The notes: a model not told the origin generated them from the letters alone. Counted from the stretch's first letter, positions 33,011 through 42,191 are shown. The stretch: DNA of 64,000 bases from an uncultured delta proteobacterium (GCA_963745835.1 CAVUZH010000003.1:448001-512000); one strand, 5' to 3'. Made by a program: numbers and translations.

Positions 33011-33484
33011 ATGGGAATAACTCACAGCAACTGAGAAGGCGAAACTAACCGCCAAATGGGCCACGACGATGACCAAGTGGCACATTGGTTTTGTGACCAA
33101 TGGAAAGCGCTTGGGATCGGCGAAGGTCAAGCCGACAAGGCGCTGGCAACTTGTTGGATTTCCCGGACCTGCAGGCCGGGAATCCGACAGGGATCGTCGA
33201 TCTTACTGGCAATCCGAAAGAACCATCAAAAACCAAAGGCACCGTTCAAGCGCGGCGACCTTTTCGAGATCATTTTGATTCAGATCAAAGGCGGCGGAGC
33301 GAAACGGCCGAATAAGAGCGAAATCAAACGGCTTAGAGACGTTGCAAAACATTACAACGCCAGGGATGTTGTGCTTGCTGAATGGGTCAAAGGGAATCAG
33401 CTCAAATTCAATTGGCTCGTAAACTATCGTGCTGATCCGAAGAAAGCCTGGGGAGAGGTCGATCCAGGAGTATTGTTTCGTTAA
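33011..33484 (+). pseudogene. PD-(D/E)xK-type nuclease-like gene, frameshifted
   Basis: Joining frames gives ...GRES.GIVDLLAIRK...FEIILIQIKGG, a D...QxK catalytic pattern; 5' end uncertain. Confidence 0.55.
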
Positions 33485-33558
33485 CCAGAACTAAGCCGGG
33501 GGTAATTCGTCACGGACATGATTGACGTTGGCTCTATTGGTTCAAACTCGGATAAGCC

Positions 33559-34239
33559 ATGGACTTAATGCAAAAAAGAGAAAACGGACTGGCGGGCCTC
33601 TTCCTGGTTTTTCTCTTGATCTCAGGATTCACTCAGGCTAGCGGGGCGGCGACATTGTTTCCGAACCGGGGACGTGGCTGGAACAAAATACCGACAATTG
33701 TCATCGCTGGAAAAGAGGGCGAGCCGCGAGCCCAGTTGGTCATTGAGGCGGTGGATTTCTGGAATAAGCAGCTGTCGGAAATCGGCAGCGGTTTTAGGCT
33801 CGGGCCGGTTAGTTTTACAACAGAGACCATACCAGCTGCGGAGCTGGAAGCACGGAGTAGAGCGGTTCTTGCCAAGGAAGGTGCGCTGCCGCCAACGCCA
33901 AGCTTGATAAACATGCAGGGAGATCTGATCGTCGTCCTATCAGATGGGGATTTTGTTTCGTTTGCGGGCCCTTTCCTCAGCGATGGAAGACGGCTCGTTG
34001 CGATCCGCGGAGATCAGCACTATCCGTTCACGCTGCCCAATGTGGCGCGCAATGTCATCGCCCATGAATTGGGCCATGCAATCGGACTCGGGCATAATGA
34101 CGACCCGAATAACCTCATGTGTGGCCGGCCCGCTTCCTGCCGTCCGGACGCATTTCGCTCCGACGTGGAGCGCTATTTTCCTCTGATGGAAGAAGAGAAG
34201 CAATTTCTCCTAAAACTTTATCCGCCGACGTGGAAATAA
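33559..34239 (+). CDS. Secreted matrixin/M10-like metzincin metallopeptidase
   Basis: Signal peptide; HELGHAIGLGH zinc motif and downstream Met-turn (NLM). Confidence 0.85.
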   Translation: MDLMQKRENGLAGLFLVFLLISGFTQASGAATLFPNRGRGWNKIPTIVIAGKEGEPRAQLVIEAVDFWNKQLSEIGSGFRLGPVSFTTETIPAAELEARSRAVLAKEGALPPTPSLINMQGDLIVVLSDGDFVSFAGPFLSDGRRLVAIRGDQHYPFTLPNVARNVIAHELGHAIGLGHNDDPNNLMCGRPASCRPDAFRSDVERYFPLMEEEKQFLLKLYPPTWK

Positions 34240-34312
34240 GTCGCCGTTTCAAACGAGACGGAAAGAAAAGAAAGCATCGGCGTTCGGCTTAATAAGTGAA
34301 TGAGCATTCAAC

Positions 34313-34445
34313 CACGACCAGGCGAGCCTCGACATGTTGTGGCTCAGGGACGAAAATCTCGAGTGGCTCCGACAACCTTCCCGATCCCGACGTGCTTGCT
34401 CGGGAATCTTCGAAGACCTCGAAGCCGCCGAGCTATGGTGAAATT
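34313..34445 (+). pseudogene. C-terminal remnant of a second, unrelated HsdM
   Basis: Across shifts reads DQASLDMLWLRDENLE / SDNLPDPDVLARE / IFEDLEAA, matching the SLDIFWL.DESL.D.DNLP.P..LA.EI.EDLEAA tail of type I M subunits. Confidence 0.7.
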
Positions 34446-34538
34446 GCGCTTTCTAAATCATTCGTTTGAATAATAAAGCGACCAGGAAAAGGCGGAGAGC
34501 CAGATCTCTGAGGTTTCAGAGGTGAAGGGAAGCTGCAA

Positions 34539-35531
34539 ATGATGCGTTGTCTTTTATCTCTGGTGTCTTTCGCGGTCGTGTTTAGCATTTTGGCGACCGC
34601 TGGTGCTCAAACGAGCACACCGCGGGTGACCTTAAGTTATACTTCCTTCAACATGCCCGCGGCTATGGTTTGGATTGCGAAAGAGGACCGTCTCTTTGCA
34701 AAGTACGGTTTGAATGAGGAACTTGTTTTCATCCCCGGCGGCACAACCGCAATGTCTGCCCTGGTTGCGGGAAACGTCAGGTTCGCCCAGCTCACTGGTA
34801 GTCCCGGGGCATTTGCTTTTCTGGGAGGGGCGGACGTGGTTTATCTGGCGGCCACTATGGATACGATGTCTTACCAGATTGTGGTTAGACCGGAGATTCG
34901 TACTGCGAGCGACTTGAAAGGAAAACGGGTTGGAATTAGCCGATTTGGCTCTTCACCGGATGTGGCTGTACGACTAGCCTTAAGAAAGCTAGGTTTGAAT
35001 CCGGAAAGCGACGTTTCCATTATTCAGACGGGAGGATCTCCGGAACGACTTGCGGCGCTACTCGGAAATAAAGTTGACGCAACCGTCCTAAATGCACCAT
35101 TCGATCGAATAGCGCAGAACCACAATCTGGCGATTCTAGCCGATACCAGCAAGATGGGAATCTCTTACTTTGACACCGGTATCGTATCGACGCGAAAATT
35201 TGCCCAAGCTAACGAAGAATTGGTACGGCGGTTCATGAGAGCGTACGTCGAAGCTATCAAGGTCTTCAAGACGAACAAAACTCGGACGATCGCCATTGCA
35301 AGCAAATACTCTCGGGTTTCGGATGCAGAGGCCTTGGAGGAAGCTTACAGCTACTTTGTAGGGAAGATTCCCCGATATCCATATCCGACACTTGACGGTA
35401 TGCAGACTGTACTCAACGAAGTTGCACGAGGGAACCCGAAAGCGGCAGCCATAAAGCCTGAAGAGCTAGTGGACGCGCGCTTTGTCAAAGAACTTCAGGC
35501 TACCGGATTTATCGACAATCTTTACAAGTAA
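34539..35531 (+). CDS. ABC transporter substrate-binding protein, SsuA/NMT1-like
   Basis: Signal peptide; WIAKED.LFAKYGL, LKGKRVGISRFGS, YPYPTLDGMQTVL, ELVDARFVKEL. Confidence 0.9.
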   Translation: MMRCLLSLVSFAVVFSILATAGAQTSTPRVTLSYTSFNMPAAMVWIAKEDRLFAKYGLNEELVFIPGGTTAMSALVAGNVRFAQLTGSPGAFAFLGGADVVYLAATMDTMSYQIVVRPEIRTASDLKGKRVGISRFGSSPDVAVRLALRKLGLNPESDVSIIQTGGSPERLAALLGNKVDATVLNAPFDRIAQNHNLAILADTSKMGISYFDTGIVSTRKFAQANEELVRRFMRAYVEAIKVFKTNKTRTIAIASKYSRVSDAEALEEAYSYFVGKIPRYPYPTLDGMQTVLNEVARGNPKAAAIKPEELVDARFVKELQATGFIDNLYK

Positions 35532-35544
35532 ATAAGGAGTGCAT

Positions 35545-36270
35545 ATGTACGGCTGGCGAGGACGCATTGGGCATGTCTATCCTGCGGTAGTGGCGGAAAC
35601 ATATTTTACCGATTTCTTTCGGGTCATTCCTGATGGTGTAACTCTGGCATTAACTAACCTGTCCATCGAAGCCATTCGAGACAAGGACCTCAAGAGATCT
35701 GAAGCGCAGCTCGATCAAGCAATCACTTATCTAGCTAAACGAAACGTCGATTGCATCATTGTCGGCGGCGGACCGATATTCCGGGAGCGGGGCGTAGAAG
35801 GGGAGCTTGAGTTTATAGAGAGGGTCACGCGAACGACCGGAATTCCGACAACGACAAGTCAGATGGCTACAGTTGATGCCGTTCGACATTTGGGAATTAA
35901 ACGGCTTGCGATTGCCACCCCCTATCCCGATGACCAAAACGAAAAAATTGCGCAGTACTGGCGCGCTTCCGGTTTTGAGGTCGGTCCCGTGCGAGGTATG
36001 AATTGCCAAATCGACGAGATCCACAACATACCGTTGGATGCGGTATATCGGCATGTCAAAAACACCTTTCTGCAATCTCCTGGAGCTGAAGGAGTCTTTG
36101 TTCCATGCGGTCACTTTACGGTTCCGCATATTTCGGAACTCGAGGGCGACATCAAAGTACCTGTTGTCGCGGCAACTTATGCTCAGGTTTGGGCCGGCTT
36201 GCGGATGATCAACATCAAGGCGGACATTCGTGGATATGGCAGACTTCTGGAGACTGTCGCTGACGATTAG
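35545..36270 (+). CDS. Asp/Glu racemase superfamily: maleate isomerase / arylmalonate decarboxylase-like
   Basis: YGWRGRIG, IATPY, EGVFVPC, PVV...WAGLR...GYGRLL; AAGGAG RBS before ATG 35545. Confidence 0.85.
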   Translation: MYGWRGRIGHVYPAVVAETYFTDFFRVIPDGVTLALTNLSIEAIRDKDLKRSEAQLDQAITYLAKRNVDCIIVGGGPIFRERGVEGELEFIERVTRTTGIPTTTSQMATVDAVRHLGIKRLAIATPYPDDQNEKIAQYWRASGFEVGPVRGMNCQIDEIHNIPLDAVYRHVKNTFLQSPGAEGVFVPCGHFTVPHISELEGDIKVPVVAATYAQVWAGLRMINIKADIRGYGRLLETVADD

Positions 36271-36332
36271 CTCTACAGTCATGGGCAGACAAAGTGAGCC
36301 TCGACATCTTTCGGCTTCGATGCAAGACATTT

Positions 36333-36449
36333 ACTGGAACGCGAAACCGCTTGACTCATGGCTACTTTGACATCGATCTCGATATCGCTTGGAGTACGTT
36401 CATCGAAGACCTGCCGTTTCTGAAAGCTGAACTCGAACAACTTCTCTGA
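36333..36449 (+). pseudogene. C-terminal remnant of a HepT/DUF86 HEPN ribonuclease
   Basis: GTRNRLTHGYFDIDLDIAW.T..EDLP.LK..LE.LL-stop; RX4H HEPN motif; no start codon and no MNT partner. Confidence 0.75.
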
Positions 36450-36796
36450 TCAACAGATTCAAACGATGCAGATATACCGCGGCCCTACAAAATTCCCGCG
36501 TATTGCCTGTGATCGAGAATCTTCGGTTCGCTGATCGGCCTTGCGGGAGGTCAGGATGCCTCTGTCAATTTTCGGTTCACAAGCCGAGTTTCAAATGGAA
36601 GCTCAACTGGGATATTATCCGATTAGCGCTTTTCTAAGGCGGATAAGTGTGAACCAAAAAATTTTGGCGGAAAGCCGATCATTCGCGGATGCTGTTTGGC
36701 CGTCGAGCATATCTTAGGGATGCTCGCCGGGGGGGATAACATTGAAAGAATCCTGCAAGCTTGCTTCGTCTACGCCGACATCAATCGGAGGGAACC

Positions 36797-37021
36797 ATGA
36801 GCATCGAAAAAGCAGTGTTGGAAAAGCTTCTGAAACTGCCCCCAGACAAGCAAAAGAAAGTTCTCGATTTTGTCGAGACTTTAGAAAAGAGCGCCGGCGC
36901 AACGCGTCAACGCCGAAGTTTGAAGGGATTGTGGTCGGATCTAGGGGTGGAAGTATCGTCGGAAGATATCGCCGAGGCTCGGCGTGAGATGTGGGGAGGA
37001 TTTCCCCGTGAGGATGTTTGA
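36797..37021 (+). CDS. DUF2281-like antitoxin
   Basis: LPPDKQKKVLDFVE...RRSLKGLW...EDIAEARREMW; GGAGG RBS; directly precedes the PIN toxin. Confidence 0.75.
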   Translation: MSIEKAVLEKLLKLPPDKQKKVLDFVETLEKSAGATRQRRSLKGLWSDLGVEVSSEDIAEARREMWGGFPREDV

Positions 37022-37423
37022 TTGGCGGCTTTAGTTGTCGATACCCATGCGGCTGTTTGGTATCTGCTGAATTCAACCCGCCTGTCGTCCGTCGCGCAGC
37101 GCGCGATGGATGATGCTGTGGACGCTGGAGACCCAGTGTATCTGTCCGCCATCTCGCTCGTGGAAATTGTATATCTCGTCGAAAAGGGGAGGCTCCCGAC
37201 CGAAGTCATCGAGCGATTGATCACTGCTCTCTCTGATCCAGACGCTGGATTTACCGTAGTTCCACTTGATGAACGAGCAGCGTGGGCCGTGCAGCGGATT
37301 TCTCGCGATACGGTTCCCGATATGCCTGATCGAATCATTGCAGCAACTGCCCTGAGTTTAGGACTCCCGCTAGCTACTCGTGACTCCGCAATTGCCACCG
37401 TCGGTATAACGACCATCTGGTAA
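37022..37423 (+). CDS. vapC: PIN-domain VapC toxin
   Basis: VVDTHA.VW, SAISLVEI, DMPDRIIAATA, LATRD. Confidence 0.9.
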   Translation: MAALVVDTHAAVWYLLNSTRLSSVAQRAMDDAVDAGDPVYLSAISLVEIVYLVEKGRLPTEVIERLITALSDPDAGFTVVPLDERAAWAVQRISRDTVPDMPDRIIAATALSLGLPLATRDSAIATVGITTIW

Positions 37424-37473
37424 CTAAACAATCTTTCAGCGCGTCGATTGGGAAGGCCGCAGGTTAACCGCCA

Positions 37474-37713
37474 ATGAGATTTAAAGAGTTCCAACGAGTA
37501 GCATTGGCTAAGGATATCCCGGAGGAGAAACTTCGTCGGGGTGATTTAGCGACAATTGTGGGTATACACCCAAGAAACGGTGGAGAGATAGGTTATTCTA
37601 TCGAAGTTTTCAACGCGATCGGCGAGACCATAGCCGTCACGACCGTTCCCGAGTCAGTTCTCGAGGAGCTCACCGCGAACGATGTTCTTCACAAGCGTTC
37701 TCTGGCTGGCTGA
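37474..37713 (+). CDS. DUF4926 family small protein
   Basis: VAL.KDIPE..L.RGD.ATIV...GYSIEVFNA.GET.AV. Confidence 0.75.
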   Translation: MRFKEFQRVALAKDIPEEKLRRGDLATIVGIHPRNGGEIGYSIEVFNAIGETIAVTTVPESVLEELTANDVLHKRSLAG

Positions 37714-37893
37714 GTACATTGAAGACATCAAGCCGTAAAGTCAGCTCGACATTTTCTGGTCTCAGACTAAACGTCGAAGATCGGATAATCTACCTGATCT
37801 CGATGTCCTCAATTTCTCGAAGACGTGCGGGCCATCGAACATTTACGCGAATCATTCAGGACACGCCGTGTGTATTAAGTGTCCGGAGGGCTT

Positions 37894-38904
37894 ATGCGAA
37901 ATGAGCGTGCGAAACTGCAGATCCTAATCGGCGTTTGCGTGTGTCTATTTCTGATCTGTACGAATGCGCTGATCTCGGAAGCCGCGGTCCCGCCCAATCA
38001 ACTGATGATCACGTTCGGCAGCCTCAGCGAAAGGGAAACCGCGCTTTTCGTTGCTCGAGATTATGGAATTTTTGCCAAGCATGGCCTGGACGTGAAACTG
38101 GTTCACGTGCGCAACGGCGCCGTCGCGCTTTCGGCCTTGGCTAGTGGAGATGCTCAATTTTATCTAGGCGCCGCCACCGGTTCTACTCTTGGTGCCATCG
38201 CCGGTGGTCTGGACGCGGTGTTCGTTACCAGTTTGATCCATAAACTGGAAGGCACGTTCGTCGTCAATCCGTCCATCAAATCCCCAGCCGAGTTGAGAGG
38301 CAAAACCGTCGGTGTCACGAGCATCGGCGGCGGCGTCTGGATGCGCTCGATGCTGACCTTCGAGCATTGGGGCTTGGAGCCGCAGAAGGACAAAATACAT
38401 TTGCGGGTGGTGGGGGACGAATCATTACTGGCTCAGGCGATGCCGAACGGCATCATCGACGGCTCTTATTTCAACTACACCTTTGCTTCCGTGCTAGAGC
38501 GTCAGGGCTTCCGTGTGCTCGCCGATCTCGCCAAGCTCAACATCCCTTATCAGAACACGGCGCTCTTGGCGCAGCGTCGATATCTCAACGCTGCTCCCGA
38601 GACGACCGAGAGATTATTGAGAGCTGTGTCCGATGCCCTGATCTTCGTCCTGGAGCCCAAAAACAAAGAGTTGGTGCTTAAGAGCCTATCCAAAGGACTG
38701 CGTTTGCCGCGCCCGGAGGACGCGCTCGGCGGTTACGACCGGCTTGCGAATCTGTACGAGCGGCGCATCTATCCCAACGTCGACGGAATTCGTTCGACGA
38801 TCCGGTTCCTCGGACCTGGCAATGAAAAGATCCGCGCTCTCAAGGCGGAGAACCTGGTGGACGATAGATTCGTAAAGAAGTTGGAACAGGAAGGCCGTTT
38901 TTGA
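37894..38904 (+). CDS. ABC transporter substrate-binding protein, SsuA/NMT1-like
   Basis: GGAGG RBS before ATG 37894; signal peptide; GIFAKHGLDV, LRGKTVGV, YPNVDGIR, LVDDRFVKKL. Confidence 0.9.
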   Translation: MRNERAKLQILIGVCVCLFLICTNALISEAAVPPNQLMITFGSLSERETALFVARDYGIFAKHGLDVKLVHVRNGAVALSALASGDAQFYLGAATGSTLGAIAGGLDAVFVTSLIHKLEGTFVVNPSIKSPAELRGKTVGVTSIGGGVWMRSMLTFEHWGLEPQKDKIHLRVVGDESLLAQAMPNGIIDGSYFNYTFASVLERQGFRVLADLAKLNIPYQNTALLAQRRYLNAAPETTERLLRAVSDALIFVLEPKNKELVLKSLSKGLRLPRPEDALGGYDRLANLYERRIYPNVDGIRSTIRFLGPGNEKIRALKAENLVDDRFVKKLEQEGRF

Positions 38905-38923
38905 CTCAGGTGCAACTAAAAAG

Positions 38924-39118
38924 TTGACACAACGTTACCTTATCGGATACGGTTTGCCCGACAGACGGGGGTATGGAGCGAGTCCGCTTCCTGAGTTAAT
39001 GCTTGAGACTCTGGAATGCGAGTCCCATCGGGATCTACAAGTAATATCGATTTCTCAGTGACCAACCCCCTGAAGCAAATTCCAATCATTTGCTCCGAGC
39101 AAGCTCGAGGAGACGCGC
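38924..39118 (+). promoter_or_regulatory. Putative promoter and structured 5' leader of the ATPase-cyclase gene
   Basis: TTGACA (38924-29)-18 nt-TACGGT; nested stems GGGGGT/ACCCCC, GGAGCG/CGCTTC, CTGAG/CTCAG, GACTC/GAGTC; hairpin next to the GAGGA RBS. Confidence 0.45.
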
Positions 39119-41167
39119 ATGCGATCGTGGACCGTGGATGCCGACGACATCCGGGTCGCCGAAGACTTCGACGAGGCTCTGCTGCACCGCACCCCCGAGA
39201 TCGACAACTTCCTGAGCCTAGACCGCGATGACAAGTTCATCGTCATAGGGACGAAGGGATTCGGCAAGACACTGCTGCTTAAGGCCAAGCGCATCCTGTA
39301 CCAGCGCCGGGGAGGGACGGCATGTCTTCCCACCGGCAATCTCCTCGACAAGCTGATCGGCGACAAGATTTTCGGCAAGGAGGCTCTCGCCTTCTTTTCG
39401 GCGTCGTCGCTTCCATGGGCCAAGGTGTGGCTCACTGCCATCGCGGTGACCGTTCTCAAACATCTCCGCCAGACCGAGGGACTCAAGGTCAACCCGAGGC
39501 TGACCCGCCTGATCACCGACGAACAGCTGCACGGCGTCATCGATCATTTCGTGCGGCTCCTGGATTTTCCACCGAGCGACCTTCAACGCAGCGCGAGTGA
39601 CACCGACGGTCACCTGGCTCCGCGCCTGCGAGCGGTTAACACGTCGGTGACGATCTTCCTCGACGGCGTCGACGAGTATTTCAACAAGCATATCGAAAGC
39701 GTCCGGAACCGCCCAAGCGTGGCGGGTGAGCTTTCGCCAGACGTGTGGCACTTCGCCCAGCTTGGGCTTGTCGAGGTGGCCTACCAGCTTCGGCGGATCA
39801 ACCATCGCCTCAAGGTCTTCGCGGCCGTAAGGAAGGAGGCGTATGCGCGCCTCCAGACAACCGTCATGGGCCAGCAGTATCGCGGCAGCGCCATCGACAT
39901 CGTCTATCCGATCGAGAGCCTGCGCGAGATCTTCATCAACAACGTTCGGCTTGAGAAGCCCGATCGGATGATTCGTCCCGAGCGGCTACGTACCAACCCC
40001 GTGGAGGCTTTTCTCGGCCGAACATCGATCACGGATCTCTACACCGGTCTTCAGGAAGATGCGTTCGAGTATCTGTGTCGGCACACATTACTCCGGCCGC
40101 GTGATTTGATGACCATCGGTGAGCGGCTGGCCACACTCCGGCCCGAGGAGCGGGGGAATGAATACCGACTGAAGGAGGCGGTGAACCAAGCCGCAACTGA
40201 AATTGCCCAGGAGTACCTGGTCGAGATTGCGCCGTATGTTGCGGGATTGGATCTCGAGCATGTCCTCCGCCGACTTCCCGGGCACGTGTTGACCCGCGAT
40301 GAGCTCGAGGAGCTTTTTCGAACGCACAATGCCTCGAGCGGCGCGCTCGAGGCGCAGGACGTCTTCTCTGCGCTTTATCAGGTGGGACTCCTGGGTCACG
40401 TACATCATGACTGGGTGCGTGGAGAGTGGGTTCAGCGCTTCCTTCGACCGGGCGAAGGCACGCTTCAACCAGACGGCGTACTCCCTGCGGCGGAACACTA
40501 TGTTGTCCACCCGGTTCTCTCCGAAGTGATCGGCCGATTCAATCCGTTATATCTCCAACGGATCGATCGAGTGAATATCGTCGGACACGGACTGCCGTGG
40601 CGCGCGACGCCGAGCGTCGATCGAACCGTCGCGAGCGGCATGCTCTTTGTTCTTGCCGGCGACGTTCACGGATTCGGCGGACTCATGCGCGCCGGCGTGG
40701 ACGCGCCTGTCCGTCAGGCGCTTGAGGAGGCGGTGAGAAAATGGGCTCAGGGCGCAGTGTGCGCTGAGACTAGCGCCGGTGACGCGGTGTTCATCGTCCA
40801 CGATGATCCGGTCGAGTTGGCCCGAGCCGGCCGTCACATCATCGACGAGGTGTATCGGGCTCCGGGCCAACCTCGCCTGCGGATCGCACTGCACTATGGC
40901 GAAGTGCTGACCCGTCGGCGCGAGGGTGACGGGGCCGTCATCGTTGTGGGCGGAGAGGCCGTGCTCTGCGCGGCGCGCGTCGAACCGCACGTGCAACCCG
41001 GACAGATCTGGATGACCGAGGAATTCCGCGAGCAACTTGCCCGGCAGCCCTCGTTGTGGCGGACCACCCCAGCGACCGGCCCGGGCGGAGACGAGCGCTT
41101 CAACGTGAAGAAGGAGGGGAACACAGAACCGGACCTCTGGCTCCGACTTTATCGGCTCGAGTTTTGA
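39119..41167 (+). CDS. P-loop ATPase (Sll1717-like) fused to a C-terminal class III nucleotidyl cyclase domain
   Basis: Walker A GTKGFGKT, Walker B IFLDGVDE, RPRD motif, LY.VGLLG wHTH-like segment; cyclase AGDVHGF, AGDAV, RIALHYGEV, GEAV..AARVE, PGQIW.TEEF. Confidence 0.85.
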   Translation: MRSWTVDADDIRVAEDFDEALLHRTPEIDNFLSLDRDDKFIVIGTKGFGKTLLLKAKRILYQRRGGTACLPTGNLLDKLIGDKIFGKEALAFFSASSLPWAKVWLTAIAVTVLKHLRQTEGLKVNPRLTRLITDEQLHGVIDHFVRLLDFPPSDLQRSASDTDGHLAPRLRAVNTSVTIFLDGVDEYFNKHIESVRNRPSVAGELSPDVWHFAQLGLVEVAYQLRRINHRLKVFAAVRKEAYARLQTTVMGQQYRGSAIDIVYPIESLREIFINNVRLEKPDRMIRPERLRTNPVEAFLGRTSITDLYTGLQEDAFEYLCRHTLLRPRDLMTIGERLATLRPEERGNEYRLKEAVNQAATEIAQEYLVEIAPYVAGLDLEHVLRRLPGHVLTRDELEELFRTHNASSGALEAQDVFSALYQVGLLGHVHHDWVRGEWVQRFLRPGEGTLQPDGVLPAAEHYVVHPVLSEVIGRFNPLYLQRIDRVNIVGHGLPWRATPSVDRTVASGMLFVLAGDVHGFGGLMRAGVDAPVRQALEEAVRKWAQGAVCAETSAGDAVFIVHDDPVELARAGRHIIDEVYRAPGQPRLRIALHYGEVLTRRREGDGAVIVVGGEAVLCAARVEPHVQPGQIWMTEEFREQLARQPSLWRTTPATGPGGDERFNVKKEGNTEPDLWLRLYRLEF

Positions 41168-41686
41168 CCGACCGCCGGACCAGACCGGAATCACGTGTGC
41201 TTGACTCGCAGAACCCGTTCGGTTCCACGCAACCTAGGAATCCAACCCGCAAGTATCCTCGAAGCTCGAAGGCAAACAGCGCTATCCGTTGGCAAGATAT
41301 TATTTAACGGCGTAGGACGTTTTTCTACCGTTATTCGGAGTCTGTAGTCTGATGCTTGGGTGCTCAAGGGGCTGGCACATGAACATCAGCGGCACAGCCA
41401 AGCGATTCGATTTTACCCGTGCCGTTACGTTGACAGAAAGACGATGTGGTGGCGGCAGCTTACCGAAACGCAGGCAGCGGATTTGGCTTCAAGGTGGTGA
41501 AGTTTTCTGAGCAGCAGGGAGGAAGAGATCTGTGTAGTTGGGCAGTGTGGTCTTGTAAATGCGAACGATGTCGATTCGTACCGCGCACTAAGCCCATCGT
41601 CGACGTTCCGTGCTGAGTGGTTTTTCAAGAGACAAAAATCTCGCTATAGTTTTCTAAGTCGCAAGACGATCGGATGGAGTAAATCT

Positions 41687-41914
41687 ATGGCTGACCGTAT
41701 TTCAAAGCTGCCCCGCGGTAAAAAAATCCCGCCCATCGATGTTGTCCGCGCCAGATTACGCAATCACGTCGAGGTTGTCCTAGCGTCCAATAACGAGCCA
41801 CTAATCCGGATGGTTGAGCGGTTTTTTACCGAAACGATCGACCGGCTAATCCAAAAGCGGCCCAAAGGCGAGGTCGTTCCGATAAAGCAAAAGACTCCGA
41901 AGACTGATAAGTAA
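41687..41914 (+). CDS. Small basic hypothetical protein (75 aa)
   Basis: GGAG RBS, ATG start, amphipathic helices; no family recognised. Confidence 0.5.
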   Translation: MADRISKLPRGKKIPPIDVVRARLRNHVEVVLASNNEPLIRMVERFFTETIDRLIQKRPKGEVVPIKQKTPKTDK

Positions 41915-42191
41915 GTACAACGCTTGTCAGGGCGCTGCACCCGCTCGCGCTGGATTACCCACTAAAATCGGGTTGTCGGCGGCGTAAGTTGGACAAGTTT
42001 GGATCACAAAACGGCCGACCAGCATGAAATAATCCTCAGGACTGCTCAGGTCTCGACTCACTTTTCCCACTGCAGTAAGCCGCTGTTTCCCACAATTCAT
42101 GCGATTCAAGATGACCATTGTGCTCGCCAATCTTGCCAGGTCGTCTCGTCCGTTGTTATATAGGATGACGCACTAAGAATAGGACTATTCA

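Noticed and set aside
21830-34500. Integrative element or prophage carrying the defence island
   Set aside because: No integrase, tRNA, att direct repeats or phage genes seen.
38967-39035. TPP riboswitch (GGGGT...hairpin...CTGAG)
   Set aside because: The 5' half is suggestive, but the ACCTGA...TAAT...CG.AGGGA pyrophosphate-sensing half is absent and the downstream gene is unrelated to thiamine.
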